A stretch of DNA of 64,000 nt from Coniocarpon cinnabarinum (lineage: Eukaryota): the NCBI GenBank assembly GCA_051942205.1, contig JAVECO010000037.1:1-64000 (forward strand). Direction: 5' to 3'. Below the pieces are notes generated by a model that was not told the origin of the DNA, ran no database searches, and saw only the letters and a list, made by a program, of their open reading frames with translations. Below, piece by piece: positions 34,087 to 48,000 of the stretch. How positions within the stretch are numbered: the stretch's first letter is position 1; each line of letters starts with the position of its first letter. The translations under genes and the position numbers were made by a program.

Positions 34087-37000
34087 TCATTCGGCTTTAG
34101 GAGTTGGGCCTTCTGGATCGAAGTATCCTTGCCCCTGAGGTGTTGGCGTGGCATCCATGTCGAATGTCGTCGTCTCATGTCCGGGACGTGGTGAGAAAAA
34201 GGCTGGTGGAGTGAGTGAGGAATGCTGGCGAGGTGTTTCCTCAATAGAGACACTAAGACTGTCTTCTCGAGGTGGAGAGACTGCGAGGTTCGCAAAATTG
34301 ACGTCAAGATCTTGCACCGCTGGGGATACGTCGCCTTGGCTATCAGCGCGAAGCATTTCAGCAACCGGCCTGAGACGTTTGTAAGTCATTTTTCATTGAA
34401 TTAGCATGAAGGATATTACTCACCTGGGAGCGTCAATCGGCTTTGTCTTGCCTCGCGGGCTCCTTGACCGGGCTCGCTTCCCCAACTCCTCATCCTCATC
34501 ATCCCCAAGATCGCCTCCACCGCCCGTAGAGGATTTGCTGAGTGCCTTGCGTTTAGCGTCCACTGCCTCTGCAGAAGGTTGCTTCCGAATAGGTTTGCCT
34601 TGAGCTAAGACTGGCGGCGCGGAATCCTCGTGCTTGAGCGCGGCGACAGGATGCATCTGACCTTTGCGCATATCGGTTAAGAGGCCGCCACTAATCCCTA
34701 GACCACCTTGTGGCATGCGCTTCACTTCATCTTCTGCAGGACGCATAAGTGTGATCGATCCCTCAGATAACTTGGGCTCGGGCTCGGTCAACACACTACC
34801 AGAGCTGAGAGAATCATCGCGACTGGAGCTGCGCCAGCTTGATGGCATCGTCTGTAAACTTGAAGCCGTGGACGTCGGACTTTCTTCGCTGTGCAAGGAC
34901 TCATTGCGCAGACTGGAAGGAGGCACGCCGGCAGAGGTAAACGAATATGACTGCGGCTGCCATCCGGGTTGTGCAGGCTTCCAGTGACAGAGCTTTGTAA
35001 GCACTTCAGTAATCTTTGGCTGCGTCGGTGGCTTCTCGATGAGCGCATTGAAGTGATGAGGAGCCTGGAGCTCCTTCAGATAACCAGTGACGGCAACGAT
35101 CGGCGTGTCTCTGTTGGCGTTCTTCGTCTCTCGTAGCATGCGTGCAACGTCAAAGCCATTGATTTGTGGCAGCTTGAACTCCATCATGATAATGTCGAAT
35201 TTGACACTGCCCATGGCGTAACGCGTGGCTTCTCCGCCATCTGTGACAATGATGGCACGACATCGCAAGGTCTCCAGCAATTTAGACATGATGATCCGCG
35301 AGACTGGGTGATCTTCACAAACCAATATGTCCAGCGGACGGAAAAAGGGCCCGTCCGCAAAGTTGATCTGTGACATTCGTCGAGAGCTTTGCCGACGACG
35401 CTGCACTCTGAGTAGTGCCTGCTGCCTTGAGTCATCATTATCCGATGAAGACGGTGAAACATCCATGATCTGACTTTTGCGTTTAGAATGACGTGAAGCT
35501 GTGTCGCGAAGCACCTCAGTCTCACGAGCACCCACGGTCCTGGATCTCGTTCTTGGTGAAGTGGTGCTGACGGAAAGCTGTGCGCTTGTAGGAGCATCTG
35601 TATCCAAAACACCTGGGGACTTTGCGGATCTCACCGGAGAGCCGGTTGACGATTGCGTGTAGCTCGAAGCGGGCATACGAGGAACGTCGAAGAAGCCTTG
35701 AGCCTGGAGAGAGCTTGAGGATTGAGTTGAGGCACCCGATGTCTTTCGGCGTTCATGGTGGGGACCGGCACTGAATTGAACGAGCGGTGAGGTTGGCTGG
35801 GAGCCCCGCCCCGGCGAAGATGTTGCTAGACTGTGCAAAGCTGAAGGTGATTTCGGTCGACTGCTTTGTGACAGAGTTCGGCCTAGAGGCATTGTTAATG
35901 GGCTATTGGTTTCCGTTAGAGGAGGTGAGGAGTTCTGATTAGGCGCAGACTTCGGCATGTGCTGAGGCGCTCTGCTTTGCGCTTGCATAGCCTCTGCACG
36001 CAATTTTTGGATGACGTCTTTGTTAGCCTTTTCAAGGACCGGAAGGTTCTTGTACGCAAATTGCCCGAAGTCATCAGAGTTACCAGGCTCACTCAAGCGC
36101 CGACTTCGTCCCTCTCGAACGTGCTTGGGTATGTGAAGAGGCATCAGCCCACGTTTGTTGGCCCCAGTATGGTTGCGCACACGCGATAAGGCGTCGTGCG
36201 GTCTGTCCGGGTAATCTTCACCGGGCGTTGGGAGTGGCGACGAACTCTGATCCTCGAACTCGGTCGCGAATGTCTCGTTGGATGCCCCGCGTGGGTCGAA
36301 ATACTCTGTATCTTCAACGTGCTGAGGATTGGGCACAAACGAGGCTTCTGCTTCATTGACAGTGCTCCAATCAACATCGGAAAACCACGAATGGCTACGA
36401 ATTTCCTCTCCGCCATTGCTGAACTTGTCTCCAATGTTAGCGCCAAGACGCTGACTTGGATCTAGAGTCATCAGGCGCTCCATGAGATCTTTGACCTCTG
36501 CAGAAACGCCAACATCTTCAGGTGGCCAATCAATTCTGCGCGCGAGTATATTTTCGAAGACTTGATCAGGGGATGAGCCATGAAAAGGGGGATAGCCGAA
36601 CACAAACTCAAATAGGATGCAACCAATGGACCACCAATCGCTCATCTCGTCTTGACCAAGACCATTGATGGTCTCTGGTGCTAGGTAGTCCGGCGTACCG
36701 ACGAAACGCCTATTGCTATCGTCCGGATCGAACAAAGCCATGGGTGGCGGCAACATCGCCCCAGAAGCCGGTGGGTTGGAGAATCGATGAGAGGCGGCAT
36801 TGCTGTCCGACTTGTGAAGGTGATGGCTCTCGCCAGGTTCGCGTTCATCGCGAGAACCTTCCTCTGACAGCGGCGAATTCTTTGCGAGCTCGTCGAAGAT
36901 GGACATGCGTCGAAGTGCAGTGTGCAAATAGTCGGAGTCGGTGGACTCACTGTGATGCGCCGAATTGGATCTGGTCGGCTCACGACTTGAGATTGAGGGC

Positions 37001-40000
37001 TCACGGGACAGAGTGAAGTAGGATGGCACACTGGCGTCTCCAGTGACTGGCGTGAGTGTGGGAGTGTTAGACGGCGAGGGCGCCGCGTTGATGTCGAACG
37101 ACGCTGACCGGGAAGAAGTCATGGACGTGGCGCGTGCAAATGGGCCTTGCTTTAAAGGATCCTGGTGAAGCTGATCATGTTTGGCGTTCAAGGCCCGCTT
37201 TTGGCGGCCAATGAGACCCATACGTGACAAACCAAAGTCAGTAAGCTTGAGATGACCCTTCTGGTCAATCAGTAAGTTATCCGGCTTAAGATCACGGTGA
37301 ACGATCTCCCTCGAGTGCAGGTGCTCTACACCAAGTACGACTTCAGCAAGGTACCGCTTTGCCCATTCCTCAGGAAGAGATCCGAGAGCGCGGAGAAGCG
37401 ACGCACAATCTCCTCCGTTCAAATATTCCATGACCAGAAAGATATAGTCTTTGCTTGGGAAGGTCCAGTAAAGCTTTGCCACAAAATCACTCTCACCTTG
37501 CCACATCATGATTGCTCGTTCGGCTTTCACATTGGCTACTTGGTTTTTAGAAACCATGTCAGCCTTCTTAAGAGCCTTGATAGCATAGTAGTCACCTGTC
37601 GATTTCTTTTTAGCCAGGTAGACGCTGCCAAAGGCGCCTTTGCTGATAGGTTTAATAATCTCAAAATCTTTGATAGATGGCGGTGCTGCTCTTTGAGGTG
37701 GCCCACTGGTCATAGATAGGTGGGGAGATACGCCAGGACGGGAGATTTCGGAAGATGCTGCGGATGATTGTCGTCGATGGTGATGGTGATGATGATGATG
37801 GTGCTGTGGTGGCTGCGACGGTGGCTGGGATTGAGGCTGTGGCTGGTGCATTGACTGCTGGGCTGTGAGGATGGGTGAACAGAATTCCGAACTAGATAAT
37901 GTAGGCGATGCCAATGGGGACTTGACTGCAGTGTCTTGACTACCACTAGTAACGCGTGGCTTCAAGACGTGTAACGGTGAAAGGGGTTGTCCAAGAGAAG
38001 GGCGCCCAGGCGAGTGACCACGGCTTTGAGACATGGCTCGTGGTAGGACGAGGCTCGTACGCTTTCTGTCCCGGGAAGATGGCTTTCGTGATAGAGCGAC
38101 ATCAGAAGCGGGAGATTCGGTGCGAGGATGGTGGGACTGCGCGGAGGATATCATGCTGCTATCGCTCTCCGCTCCAGGATCAGTGTCTGTGTGCATGGAC
38201 GAGCGTTTATCATAGGAAGTCATGCTGCCAGCTGCTCGTGAACGTGGAGTCGGGCACTCCTTTGGGCTACTTGAGCGTTGGGAGAAGCTGCCTGACACGC
38301 GTTTCGAAGGACTTGACGATCCAGAGCGGCTTGATATCGCGGAGCGCAAGGCATTAGCCATCGCCGATTGCGCTTCGCCACTTTCTGGAACAGAGCTAGA
38401 CAGCGTCGACTTCTCGGGCTCCAGACGATCCTCATCGCTCTCGTGGCCATCCTCTGAAGGCTGACCTCGCGAGGTTGAATCATCATCAGAGGATTCGCCA
38501 GTGCTTTCGCCAGCTGCAATCCTCCTTGCTTTTTCCAAAGCCTCGTGCATACATTCGTCGACCAGCAAGGTGCACTCGTTGCGGATCCGCTCCGAGTATT
38601 CGAGTATTTGTCTGAAGTGTGCATTGGCATCAACTTTGGACTTTGCAAGGTTTCCAGTATCGTCGCAGAGAAGTGCCAGTCCCGGCTCATTCTCCAAAGC
38701 ACCCGCGCTGGGTGAAGACCAATTAGTGACCTGCGAGATTCGAGCTTCAGACTGTGGAGACTGCGAGCGGATTTCCCCGGTATGACCACCTCTTGTATCC
38801 TTCAGCGCAGGTGTACTAATCTCCATAGCGGTATCACACAGGTCTAAGACGAGCTCTGCGATACGAGAGACGGGTCTTCGGACCGTGAATGAGCGGGCAC
38901 GAGCGTGGTGCCGTACTGTTCCTGACCTTTCGCGGGAGCCAGGGTGAGAGTGGTGTGATGAAGAGCGGGATACTGTACTCGAAGACGAAGCGGAATGACT
39001 TGAACTAATGCCAATCTCCATGCTCTTGTATTCTGCAGGCGGAGGTATGGGTGTTGAAGGGTCAAGATTGGGACTCCGTTGGTGTTTTATTCGTTCCTCG
39101 AGAGCATCGAGCACTTTGACAATTTGATTGCGCTGTTCTGCAAGATTTTCATGGGCTAGCTCAAGTTCGGCTTCCGCGCGATGTTCTTGAAGACAAAGTT
39201 CTGTATGCTTCGGGAACCACCAAGGTGTAATGTAACGTTCGCAGATGCGGCAAAGAACAGGCGTGGGGGTGGGGTGGCTATCTGGATCACCCGTGCCTGT
39301 GTCTGCCATAATTGTCAAGTGTCGGGCGAGCATCTCCGCGCCCACGCCGAGGGACTCTAACAGAATCTCTGGGAGGTCGATGGTCACTTCACGCTGTACA
39401 GCAGGTCTGATCATCCACATTGTCTGCGAGTCGTTTAGCTTGGAGGGCGCTTGTTCAAAGACCCTGTCCGTGACTTACATGACTTTCTTCGCCTGTTGAC
39501 CGATTGTATATCAGTATACCCTGTGCCTCTAAATCGACAGTCTCGCTCTCATGCTCCGTAGAGGCTGCTGTCTCTGCTTCACCCCGATGGTCTGTTCTGC
39601 TGTTGAAATCCTCTTCGTCATCGTTTTGTCTGAGCTTGGACTTGGGCCCTTTCCCCACGGAAAAGCGAATGACTTTGCTGTTGGCATCGTTGTGTCTCAG
39701 TGCTTCAAGCGCGTCTGTAAACACCCCTTTGTTCTCGACTAAGAGATCTGCGATGGGCTTCCCATGGACGTCTTCGGCCTCAGTGCCGACTACGTCGGTC
39801 CAAGTGGGGCTCACCCAGCGAACGTGGCCATCCAGCGTGAGGTCGAGAATGACGTTCTTTGACTGCTCGACCGCCTGTTGAAGCTCTCTCCCCTCTTCAC
39901 GGATGCTCTCACTCGTCGTGCGCTCCATTTGCGCTCGCAAACGGGCCACGCGGGAAAGACCATTGTCACTACCGAGTTTGGAGGGTTGGGGAATGGCGGG

Positions 40001-40042
40001 GCTGGGTGTGTCCTCCGCCATGGCGCTGTTTTCCGAAGCCAT
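34087..40042 (-). CDS. RIM15: Rim15/Cek1 Greatwall-family kinase (PAS, Zn finger, split AGC kinase, receiver); introns 39424-39478 and 34370-34423
   Basis: PAS VRWVSPTW, LCRICE..H..LC..EH, ISKGAFGSV, HRDLKPDN, DFGLS, FVGTPDYLAPE and receiver ILVCEDHP. Confidence 0.95.
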
Positions 40043-41147
40043 TTGCTTGCTTTCGCTCGCGCATAGAGCTACTGAGCCCCAAGCGACGAGGGAGCCAGTG
40101 CCCAAGCCATTTTGGCGGCCGTGGAGGTCGAGATGCTATTGCGATTTGTGCCAGCACAATAGCTCGGGTAGACGTCGGGAGGGAGTTGCTGTACAGTAAG
40201 GACTATCTGTACAGCGTCAGAGGAAAGACTCGTCAGACCGGCATGAGCACGAGCAGAGTGGAGGGAGGAGGAAGAGAGGGAGGGGTTTCGAGCAGCGGAC
40301 AAATCATCACAGCCGAGACAATGACTGAAGCACCAGCGTGAAGAAGCGGTCGCCAAATGCTCTCTGACAGGGTCCCACTCTCGATCGTGATTTCATCGTG
40401 CATGTCAACGCGCCTGCAGAAGCTGCCACGTATCCTCCACTAGCTCCCTAGCTCGAAACCTTGAGGCGGGGAAGGCAGACTTCTTCCCTTCCACTTGCTC
40501 GTTTATTCCTTCCCACTCATGGTTCCCTCCCTACTTGCGCGTTTCGAAGCTACAGCTCCATCCCAAGCCTTCCAGCTCTCTATTTCTGCTCTAGCTATTT
40601 CCCTGCTGACCGCCCAGCCCTGGACGGGCTCGTCGTCATGTCACATGGTTGCCAGGCCGGCATACACAAGGGAGCTCGCCCATGCGGATCCCATATTGGT
40701 AAACAGCTTTCTAGCTCTCAAAGCCTGCATCAGAGAATCGGTACTGTCCAACAGACACTTGCTCTTGTCCACCGATCCTTCTCAGTTGTGTCCGTTGTCC
40801 AGGTTCCCAATGAACACCACCAGAATCGCACAGTAAGCAGCGCTGGCAGCAAAGAGCTCCTGTCTCGACGCAGATGTCATGCTTGCCATTGTAGCACAGA
40901 ACACAATCGTGAAGAACACGACAACCAATAGTGCGCTTAGGGAAACGGTATTTGAAGTCGACGTTGGCTGTGCTGTTGGGTTCTGCCCTGCAGATCTACG
41001 AGCCTTGCGGTTAGCACACGATAGTCTAGTGGTCTAGGCTTAGCTTTTGCTATATGTTGCTTAGATCAAAGAGGTGTCGTCCCGCTCTAACCAAAGTCGC
41101 CTCGGGTTCTTCGATATGCGTACATATGCGCTTCATCATACTACCAA

Positions 41148-42215
41148 CTAGGTGAAGTTGATGTGAACGAATACAAGAGGAACTGGGGATTCAACGTACC
41201 CGGCAGAAGTCTCAGTGATCCTGTACAAGATCACCACAGGTAGGATTAGAAGTGTGCTGAGCACAAACACAATTATGACGTTGACCAAGATCCAAAGGCG
41301 GCTGGAAGCGTAGTAAACGACCTTATCGTTTGTGGTTTTGGCGCGCTGACCTGGAAGCGTGAATAGATACTGCAACCGTCAAACTCTCGGAAACTTCCAG
41401 AACAATCCAGCGCAGACATACCCTGATCAGTCTGCAATCAAACTTAATCAAGATTGCTTCGACTCGCCCCTGGAAAGTCTCTGACTCTCCTGTGCGCAGA
41501 GATACAAGCTCTTCTCGCCACTTGATATATTCGTACTCTTCGAGTGTGAGAGGTTTGCAAGCTGCAAACCAGCGCCTGACGCCCTCATACGCTCTACGCG
41601 ATGGCTGCTGATATGCTCGAAGATTGCGCAGAGCCGTAAGAGTCTTGTCTGTCCGTAGTAAGTCTAGGATCGCAATATCCCCACAATCTTAATCAACTAA
41701 GTGCTAACCGTATTGCCGGAATTTCTTGTATGCTTCTTCAAAAATCTTCGACCGTCGGCGGTTTTCTGGAGTCTCACGACTAATATCTTCGGCTCTGTTA
41801 CGCAGACGCAGTTTGGCTTCCTCATTGCCTCGGCTGTCCTCTAAGTCAGCGATCAAGAGGCTATCTTCAAGCTGTCTCAACTGGTCTTGTTGTTCAAGCA
41901 AGAGGCGTGTGCGCAGGTAGCTAAAATTGCGAAACATCAAAAACTCTTTACTGGATGAAAGGAAAGCCGCCAGCTGCGGTTATCCTTGTGGAAGCTCATC
42001 GACTTGTATGTGGCGTCAGTACTTTGTTGCCTCCACAGAGGAAAGATTGAGCTTACTTGTAAGCCTTTTCTCCTCGAATTTGCGCTTTCCGATGCGTTCG
42101 ACTGGAGGAATCTGCGATTCCGTGTCTTCATACCGTGAGCTGAGGACAGACAATCACAAAACAATACCGAATCTCTCTCTGCATACTTACCACTAGCCAT
42201 TGATGCGAGCTCCAT
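41148..42215 (-). pseudogene. DUF6594-like membrane protein pseudogene
   Basis: Spliced reading DELPQG*PQLAAFLSS..FRNFSYLRTRLLLEQQDQL. An in-frame TAA (41980-41982) replaces the Tyr of the family GYP motif. The last TM segments appear to be missing. Confidence 0.7.
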
Positions 42216-42949
42216 CGGGGTTGTGACAAGAGACTCCGGCTACTGGGCGTGCGCATATTCGAGCAGAAGCTGTGAATTGCCTGAATCCAGCAGCGTGAGG
42301 GATTCTAATGTATTCAACGACCTACGTTTGCCCTGGGTTGCACATATGCAGGCAGCCGAACCGAGCTACTCGTGTCACGGTGCTCGCATGAACACTCAGC
42401 ATGACAGACTTGTCCCATGGGTCTCTGGCAACAGCGTATTAAGATCGATATATCTGCGAGAAGTTGCGATCAAACTTGGCACAGCTTAAGATACTGCAAC
42501 AAATGATAGTGATATAGTAGGTATTCTGGCTCGAGCTCTAGGCACGCCAGTATTCTCATCTCCGTTTCTCAGGAGGAGCACGTCCAAAACATCATAGCCA
42601 CCATTTTTTCTAACTATTTCTAATATATTAAGATATGATAGGAAAATTGGATACATTACCCGAGTCGTAAGTACTGCAACCCTAGACTCTAGCTTCCAAA
42701 TTTTAGGGGTTTTTTAGCAAGAGCAGACTAAGAAATTCATATACACTTGGTTTTCTCAATATTAGCGACGAATCCAATGATGTTGTTTCAAGATAGCTCA
42801 ATACAGGAGCTACTATGGCTGCACTACAGTTTGTACAAGCTGTAATTTCGAGCGTAGTTGATAGCCCAAACAAGAATGAAATATAACGCAAATAATAGGA
42901 GAAATGGAGAGTGCCTCAGTATCGTAGCAAATGAGGGGCAAATTAACGA

Positions 42950-43782
42950 CTATAGTATTGCTGAACTATCTCAAGTCTGTCTCTTTCTGAAATTCTTGCC
43001 GATACTTCAACCATGCACCAGAAACAGCCACTTCTTCACCTGTGCTGTCTGTGCCGCTTAACTTCGCCAAAAGCGGACTGGTCTCGCTAATCTTGACCAC
43101 TTTCGTATTGGCCAACTCTTAATTCAAATCGGCAGGTGAGGCGGCATGTTTCTGCAGCACCTGCACCATGTCTCCAACCCTCAACGACGGCATTGGATCC
43201 TCTCCTTCACCAGGAACGTCGACAACGGCCGCATGTGTATCCGAGGCAGGCCCTGCTGCGCTGCCTGTTGCGGAAACTGCTGCTTGATTGCCCGATGAGG
43301 AAGTCGCACTACCGTCTTTGGTAGTGTTGACGGCGCCGGAACTAGGTTCATTCTTCGAGCCCTCACCGGGAGGACCCATGCCGGTGGCTGCTGGCTGGAG
43401 GCGAGCCGGGAAAGTAGGAGGGGGAGGAGGAGGAGGAGGAGAAGGAGGAGAACGGGTGAGCAGGCAAAGGGGAGGAAGGAGTCGGAGGACGGGAGTGAGC
43501 GACTATGCCCTCTGCTGGAGGGTCTTCCTGGTAGAGGAGTTGGAGGAGCGGAGCGAGAGGAAGTGAGAGGAATTGAGTGTGCCCTCTGTGAGGGTCTTGT
43601 TCGAGGGCCTTGTCGAGGGCCTTGAGAAGGGTGTGGATGCGGTAAAGACTGGTGATTTCGAGCTCACTATGTGGGAGAGTCTGCGAGCGTGAATGTTTGA
43701 GCAGGTAGGGGAGCAAGTCACGGCGAAGCAGAGGTTTTGTGAGGTGTGTGAGGGCACGAGGTCAACCGGTTACGGGCGGCAT
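42950..43782 (-). pseudogene. GC-rich decayed hypothetical gene
   Basis: ATG at 43782 reads MPPVTG*PRALTHLTKPLLRRDLLPYLL.. with TGA at 43762-43764. A frameshift in the CCT tract (~43420-43450) leads to PPPP..MGPPGEG..LRVGDMVQVL, with further stops after that. Confidence 0.45.
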
Positions 43783-44343
43783 AGGCGTTCGAGGTGTCAA
43801 GCAGCATTGCAAAACAGGAGATCACAAGCGGCGATGTTCCAGGCGGCTGGTCGGCGGTGATGAATAGCAGCAGCATTACACTGAATGGCGGTGATGACTG
43901 GAAGCAGCAGTACAATGATGCCGACTATCAGGGGCACATGTGAGGCGAGCTTGCAATGATGATGAGTATCAGAACAATAAGACGGATATCGTCGGTCTTG
44001 GCGGAAGACCAGACGATAGCAATTCTGAAACATGAATGAGAGGTCAGAAGAGAGTGAGAGCGAGGTTCGAAAGCTTGAAGCAATGTGAATTAGCATTGCA
44101 TTGAAAGGTAAGGCTTCTGCGTTTCAGAAACACAATAAATTAGAACACTTGAAACACTACAAGAACTTTAGAGAAGCAGCGATCACTCACAGTCGAACCA
44201 AGTGCTTAAGGTGACGTTACCTGATACTCTTAAAGGGTAAATAGCTTAGCAAGAGCAATTTGAGGACGACATCTGCACGCGAAATTACAGTATTCTTCAA
44301 AAAAAAAAATAAACTTTGTGTGCAGAACGCAGACAAGTTGTAC

Positions 44344-45270
44344 TCACGAACGGCTACTTGATAACACATTACGAAGTACAACAACAAACCTTGTATACGC
44401 CCCGATAAAGGCGGTCTTGCAATAGCTTTTTCGAGGTACAATGTTATGAAGAATACTCGAGTTCTGGCACGAATCAGTATAGACATTTACTGTAAGTGAG
44501 TGGCTTCTTGCAGTATCTCTAGCGAAGAATATCCTCATTTTTCTTGTCAAACCTCTACCTCATCTTGCTGATACGCATTACTTGTAGAGAATAGCTCGCT
44601 ATCTTTATGCAAAATTGGAGTCCCTAATCGAGATGCAACAAGACTTGTTGAAACACAGATATGTGCTAAGACGCATGCTGAATACAAGGCTTTCGATTGT
44701 GCAATAAGATCGAATCTCGGAAACGTGTAATATTCTAGTAGTAAAGTGAGGATCCTACAAAGACGATATATTGGAAGAAAGTATGGCTGCTAGAAAGAAT
44801 TCCTACTTAAACGTAGCTTGTGTAGAGTCTCTTAAAGATGTCACACATTTAGGAGTCTATAATGTTCAGAAAGACGCTTATAATGGTGCGTTATGCTATA
44901 CTGTAGGTGTGTATAAGCTGCAGGGAGCACACTTAGAAGAACGAAACAGAGTATTAATATCAATAGGAGTGGTAGCACTAAGATAATAGCATAAACTCTT
45001 CTCTCGTAGATGCTAGTTACTGGACTTCGGTCTTTGTAGCTAGACTTTCTAAGTGTAGCAGTACATAAAGATGAAGGACAGTCTTTTTCTCAGATACTTT
45101 AGATTTCGTAAAGGTACCTCTTCGCCAAACCAGAAGGATATTACGCTACGGGTAATATAGCTTAATGTTGTTTTTGCTGCGAGCAAGATAGAACAGATTT
45201 CTCTGCGATAACAGGGATACATTCTAGCATAGTATACTTGGTCCGAGTTGCGCATCGTAACAGCAAACAA
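44344..45270 (-). pseudogene. RIP-degraded ORF relic of unknown family
   Basis: Track ORFs 45049-45270 and 44344-44550 share one frame, and the gap is broken mainly by TAG/TAA codons. The DNA is TpA-rich. Confidence 0.4.
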
Positions 45271-45588
45271 TCAGTATGCAAAAATAGAGATGTGTCTCAA
45301 GAATCTGTACACCAACCACGTTTGCCCTTGCATCGAACCCTTGTATAAGATGCTTGTTCATTATTTTGGCCAGCAGCTAGATTGCATAGTACGTATTGCA
45401 TGCCGAAACGGCAACGCTGCGGCATTCATGATTATGTCACTATTGAATGCAGGTTCCTTCCTCCAATTAGGGCTGTGGCCTTCACAAGGGTCCGACGTAC
45501 CACCAACAGCAGATTCCTGCATTGAAGAAGTACCTAGATACCGGTTGAAGAGGCAGCAAACCCGCCAAACGCCATTCTTGATGGTCTG

Positions 45589-47357
45589 TTAAGGACCCTC
45601 AGCTTGCTGCGAGAGGAAATCTCTCATGTTAACTTCTTCCCAGACATTTTCTACCTCTTCTGTGTCGCCAGATAGTTCGTTCATCTCCTCCGGTGTGGGA
45701 GCGAAGGTGATGACGTTAATGCCTTTTGCGATATACGGATCTTGTCCGCACTCTGCTCGAGGGGCGATGCCCAAGAGGCACGTGTACATGATACAATCAT
45801 CGTAGACGCCCATGAATGAGATGGGTATTTCGATACCTCCTGGGGCGCAGGAAGATGGCACTGAAAGGACGTCCATGGCATCCATGAGAGTCTTACTACC
45901 ATCGATGAGAGAATCGAAGTCATTAGTTAATCGCATGATATAGACTTTGTCGTCAACTTCACATATGATGCGGGTGGGGCCAGGTGAGCCTCGCTGAACG
46001 CCGAGCCAGCCGCCAAAGTCGTAGGTTGCGTCGTCAATCTCCATTTCGATGAGGAATGTCACGTCGGAGGCACGCTTGGACGATCGAAGCGCGCCAGGCC
46101 AGTCAAGGCAGATCATGCAGCGTCCGCCTTTTGAGATAGCAGTCATCATGTCACCCCTGAGTAAACCAGCACCCCACTCGTCATTTTCGAGAGAGAGTAG
46201 ACTGGCTTGACGGGCTGTGTTCTGGCCTTCACGGAGTGGCTGCACTAGAAGCTGTTGTGAAGTATGAGGTTTCTGAGGTGGCAAGGGGCGACTCAGAGGC
46301 TCACGCTGATAATTAACTTTGTAAGTGTCTCTGTCTTCCCTAGACACAATGCAGAACTTACCACAGTCATAACGCTTTGTCTGAGGCTATTGCCATGCCG
46401 ATGGGAGACATGATACGTGTGTTTGATACTCATGTTCTTTGGATCTAGTGAGCCCAGCTTTTGACCAGTGGATTTGGAGTGGAAATCGTAGCCCTCTGTC
46501 CCAAGGCAATACACAACTGCATCCCGCTCATCTTGATCGATATGTCCGGTTCCGCATCCAATCACCATTTCTTTGGTTCGCTTGGGGCCGCCCGAGGCAC
46601 TTAAGTCATAGACAAAGCCTCGCTCCTCGGGACTTGTAACACAAAGGGTTGGCCATAGCATTTGGAAGCCTCTCGTCTCGACATCATGATGCAATTCTGT
46701 GACCTTCTTAAAATAGCCACGTCTTTCAGGGTGATTGTCATGCTGCCAGATCTCTATTGCATTGTTATAGCGGTCGAAAGCCATCCACCCATTTGAGTAC
46801 TCTAGATGTGCGTACGAACGCACCTGATCACGGCGTAGATGCCACAGCAGCTTTCCAGAGTCCATGTCAGTGACAATCAAGCCACCATGTTGCGTCGTAG
46901 CAAGAATAAACCGGCGCTGAAAGTCGGGACGGAATCTCCATACTGGTACTCGAGGTGGGTCACCGCCTACATCTACACCAGCTACTCCGATGAAATTCAT
47001 CCGGCGAGGTGCAATGAGCGATGTTCGCATGGTGGGTGCATCTCGAGACCATGATCGCCCCAGTAGCGTTTGATAGCGACAGAGATCACGCCAGGAGCTG
47101 ATATTGGCGTTCTTGGTATAGTATTCAGTGAAGCACGAGGTCTCATGCAGCAAAAAGGAGAAGTCACGCGTGCCAGGGGGATGCTGCGTCCGGTTTAGAT
47201 ATACTCGCTTATCTTGATCTGGGTCGTCAATGAGGTGATGCCATGTTTTGGATACTTGGTTCAACTGAGCCAATGAGCGGGTAGGTAGAAAATCAAGGAT
47301 GCGCAGGCGGAGTTCATTAGGGAGATCGCAGAGGCCAGGCCGACGACTCTCGGCCAT
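45589..47357 (-). CDS. F-box protein; intron 46306-46361
   Basis: LCDLPNELRLRILDFLP..LNQVSKTW F-box motif. A phase-0 intron (GTAAGT..CTTAC..CAG) joins the two ORFs. Confidence 0.85.
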
Positions 47358-48000
47358 GTTTTGAGGATTAATTACGCTTCCGAGATAACATTGCTGAAAG
47401 CAGAAAAGTCTTAGACCGAAAGCGCTTCTAGATGGAAATTTTCCCTGGATAGTTAGACTTCCACAGATGACTGTATCTGGCTGAGCGGAAATGCTTGTGG
47501 AATCAAAAGATTTAGAAACTAGGTACACTGACATCTGGAATTTGTTTGGATCTGATTGGCACTAGCGCCTCATTTGGAATAGCGCAATTGTGAGGGATAC
47601 ATGAGGAGCCGTTGTCACATTTTACACCACCGCCCATCACCTCACCATGCGCAGATCTAGGCAACGAGCTTCTTGCATAGATGTGGCGGGGTCTAAAAGC
47701 AACGACGATGACCGCGAAAGCTCTCGAAGCCGTCGAGAGCGCCGATTTCTGTTGCAGCAAAGTACTCTCGCTTCTGAGTTTGGGACCAAGATACATGCTT
47801 GGTGCTCCAGACGCTGTTTTAGGTGATCAGAGCTTAGGCTTTGTCATATGGACTGTTCAATATTGAGGCACACGAAACATTTTGAACAGAGCTTCATTTC
47901 TCGAAGACAAGCTGACAAACAAGGGAAATTGTATATCATCAAAAATTCTTCCCAGCATCACATCGTCCATCCCTCTTCAAGGGTTTGCTCAACTTTACTT

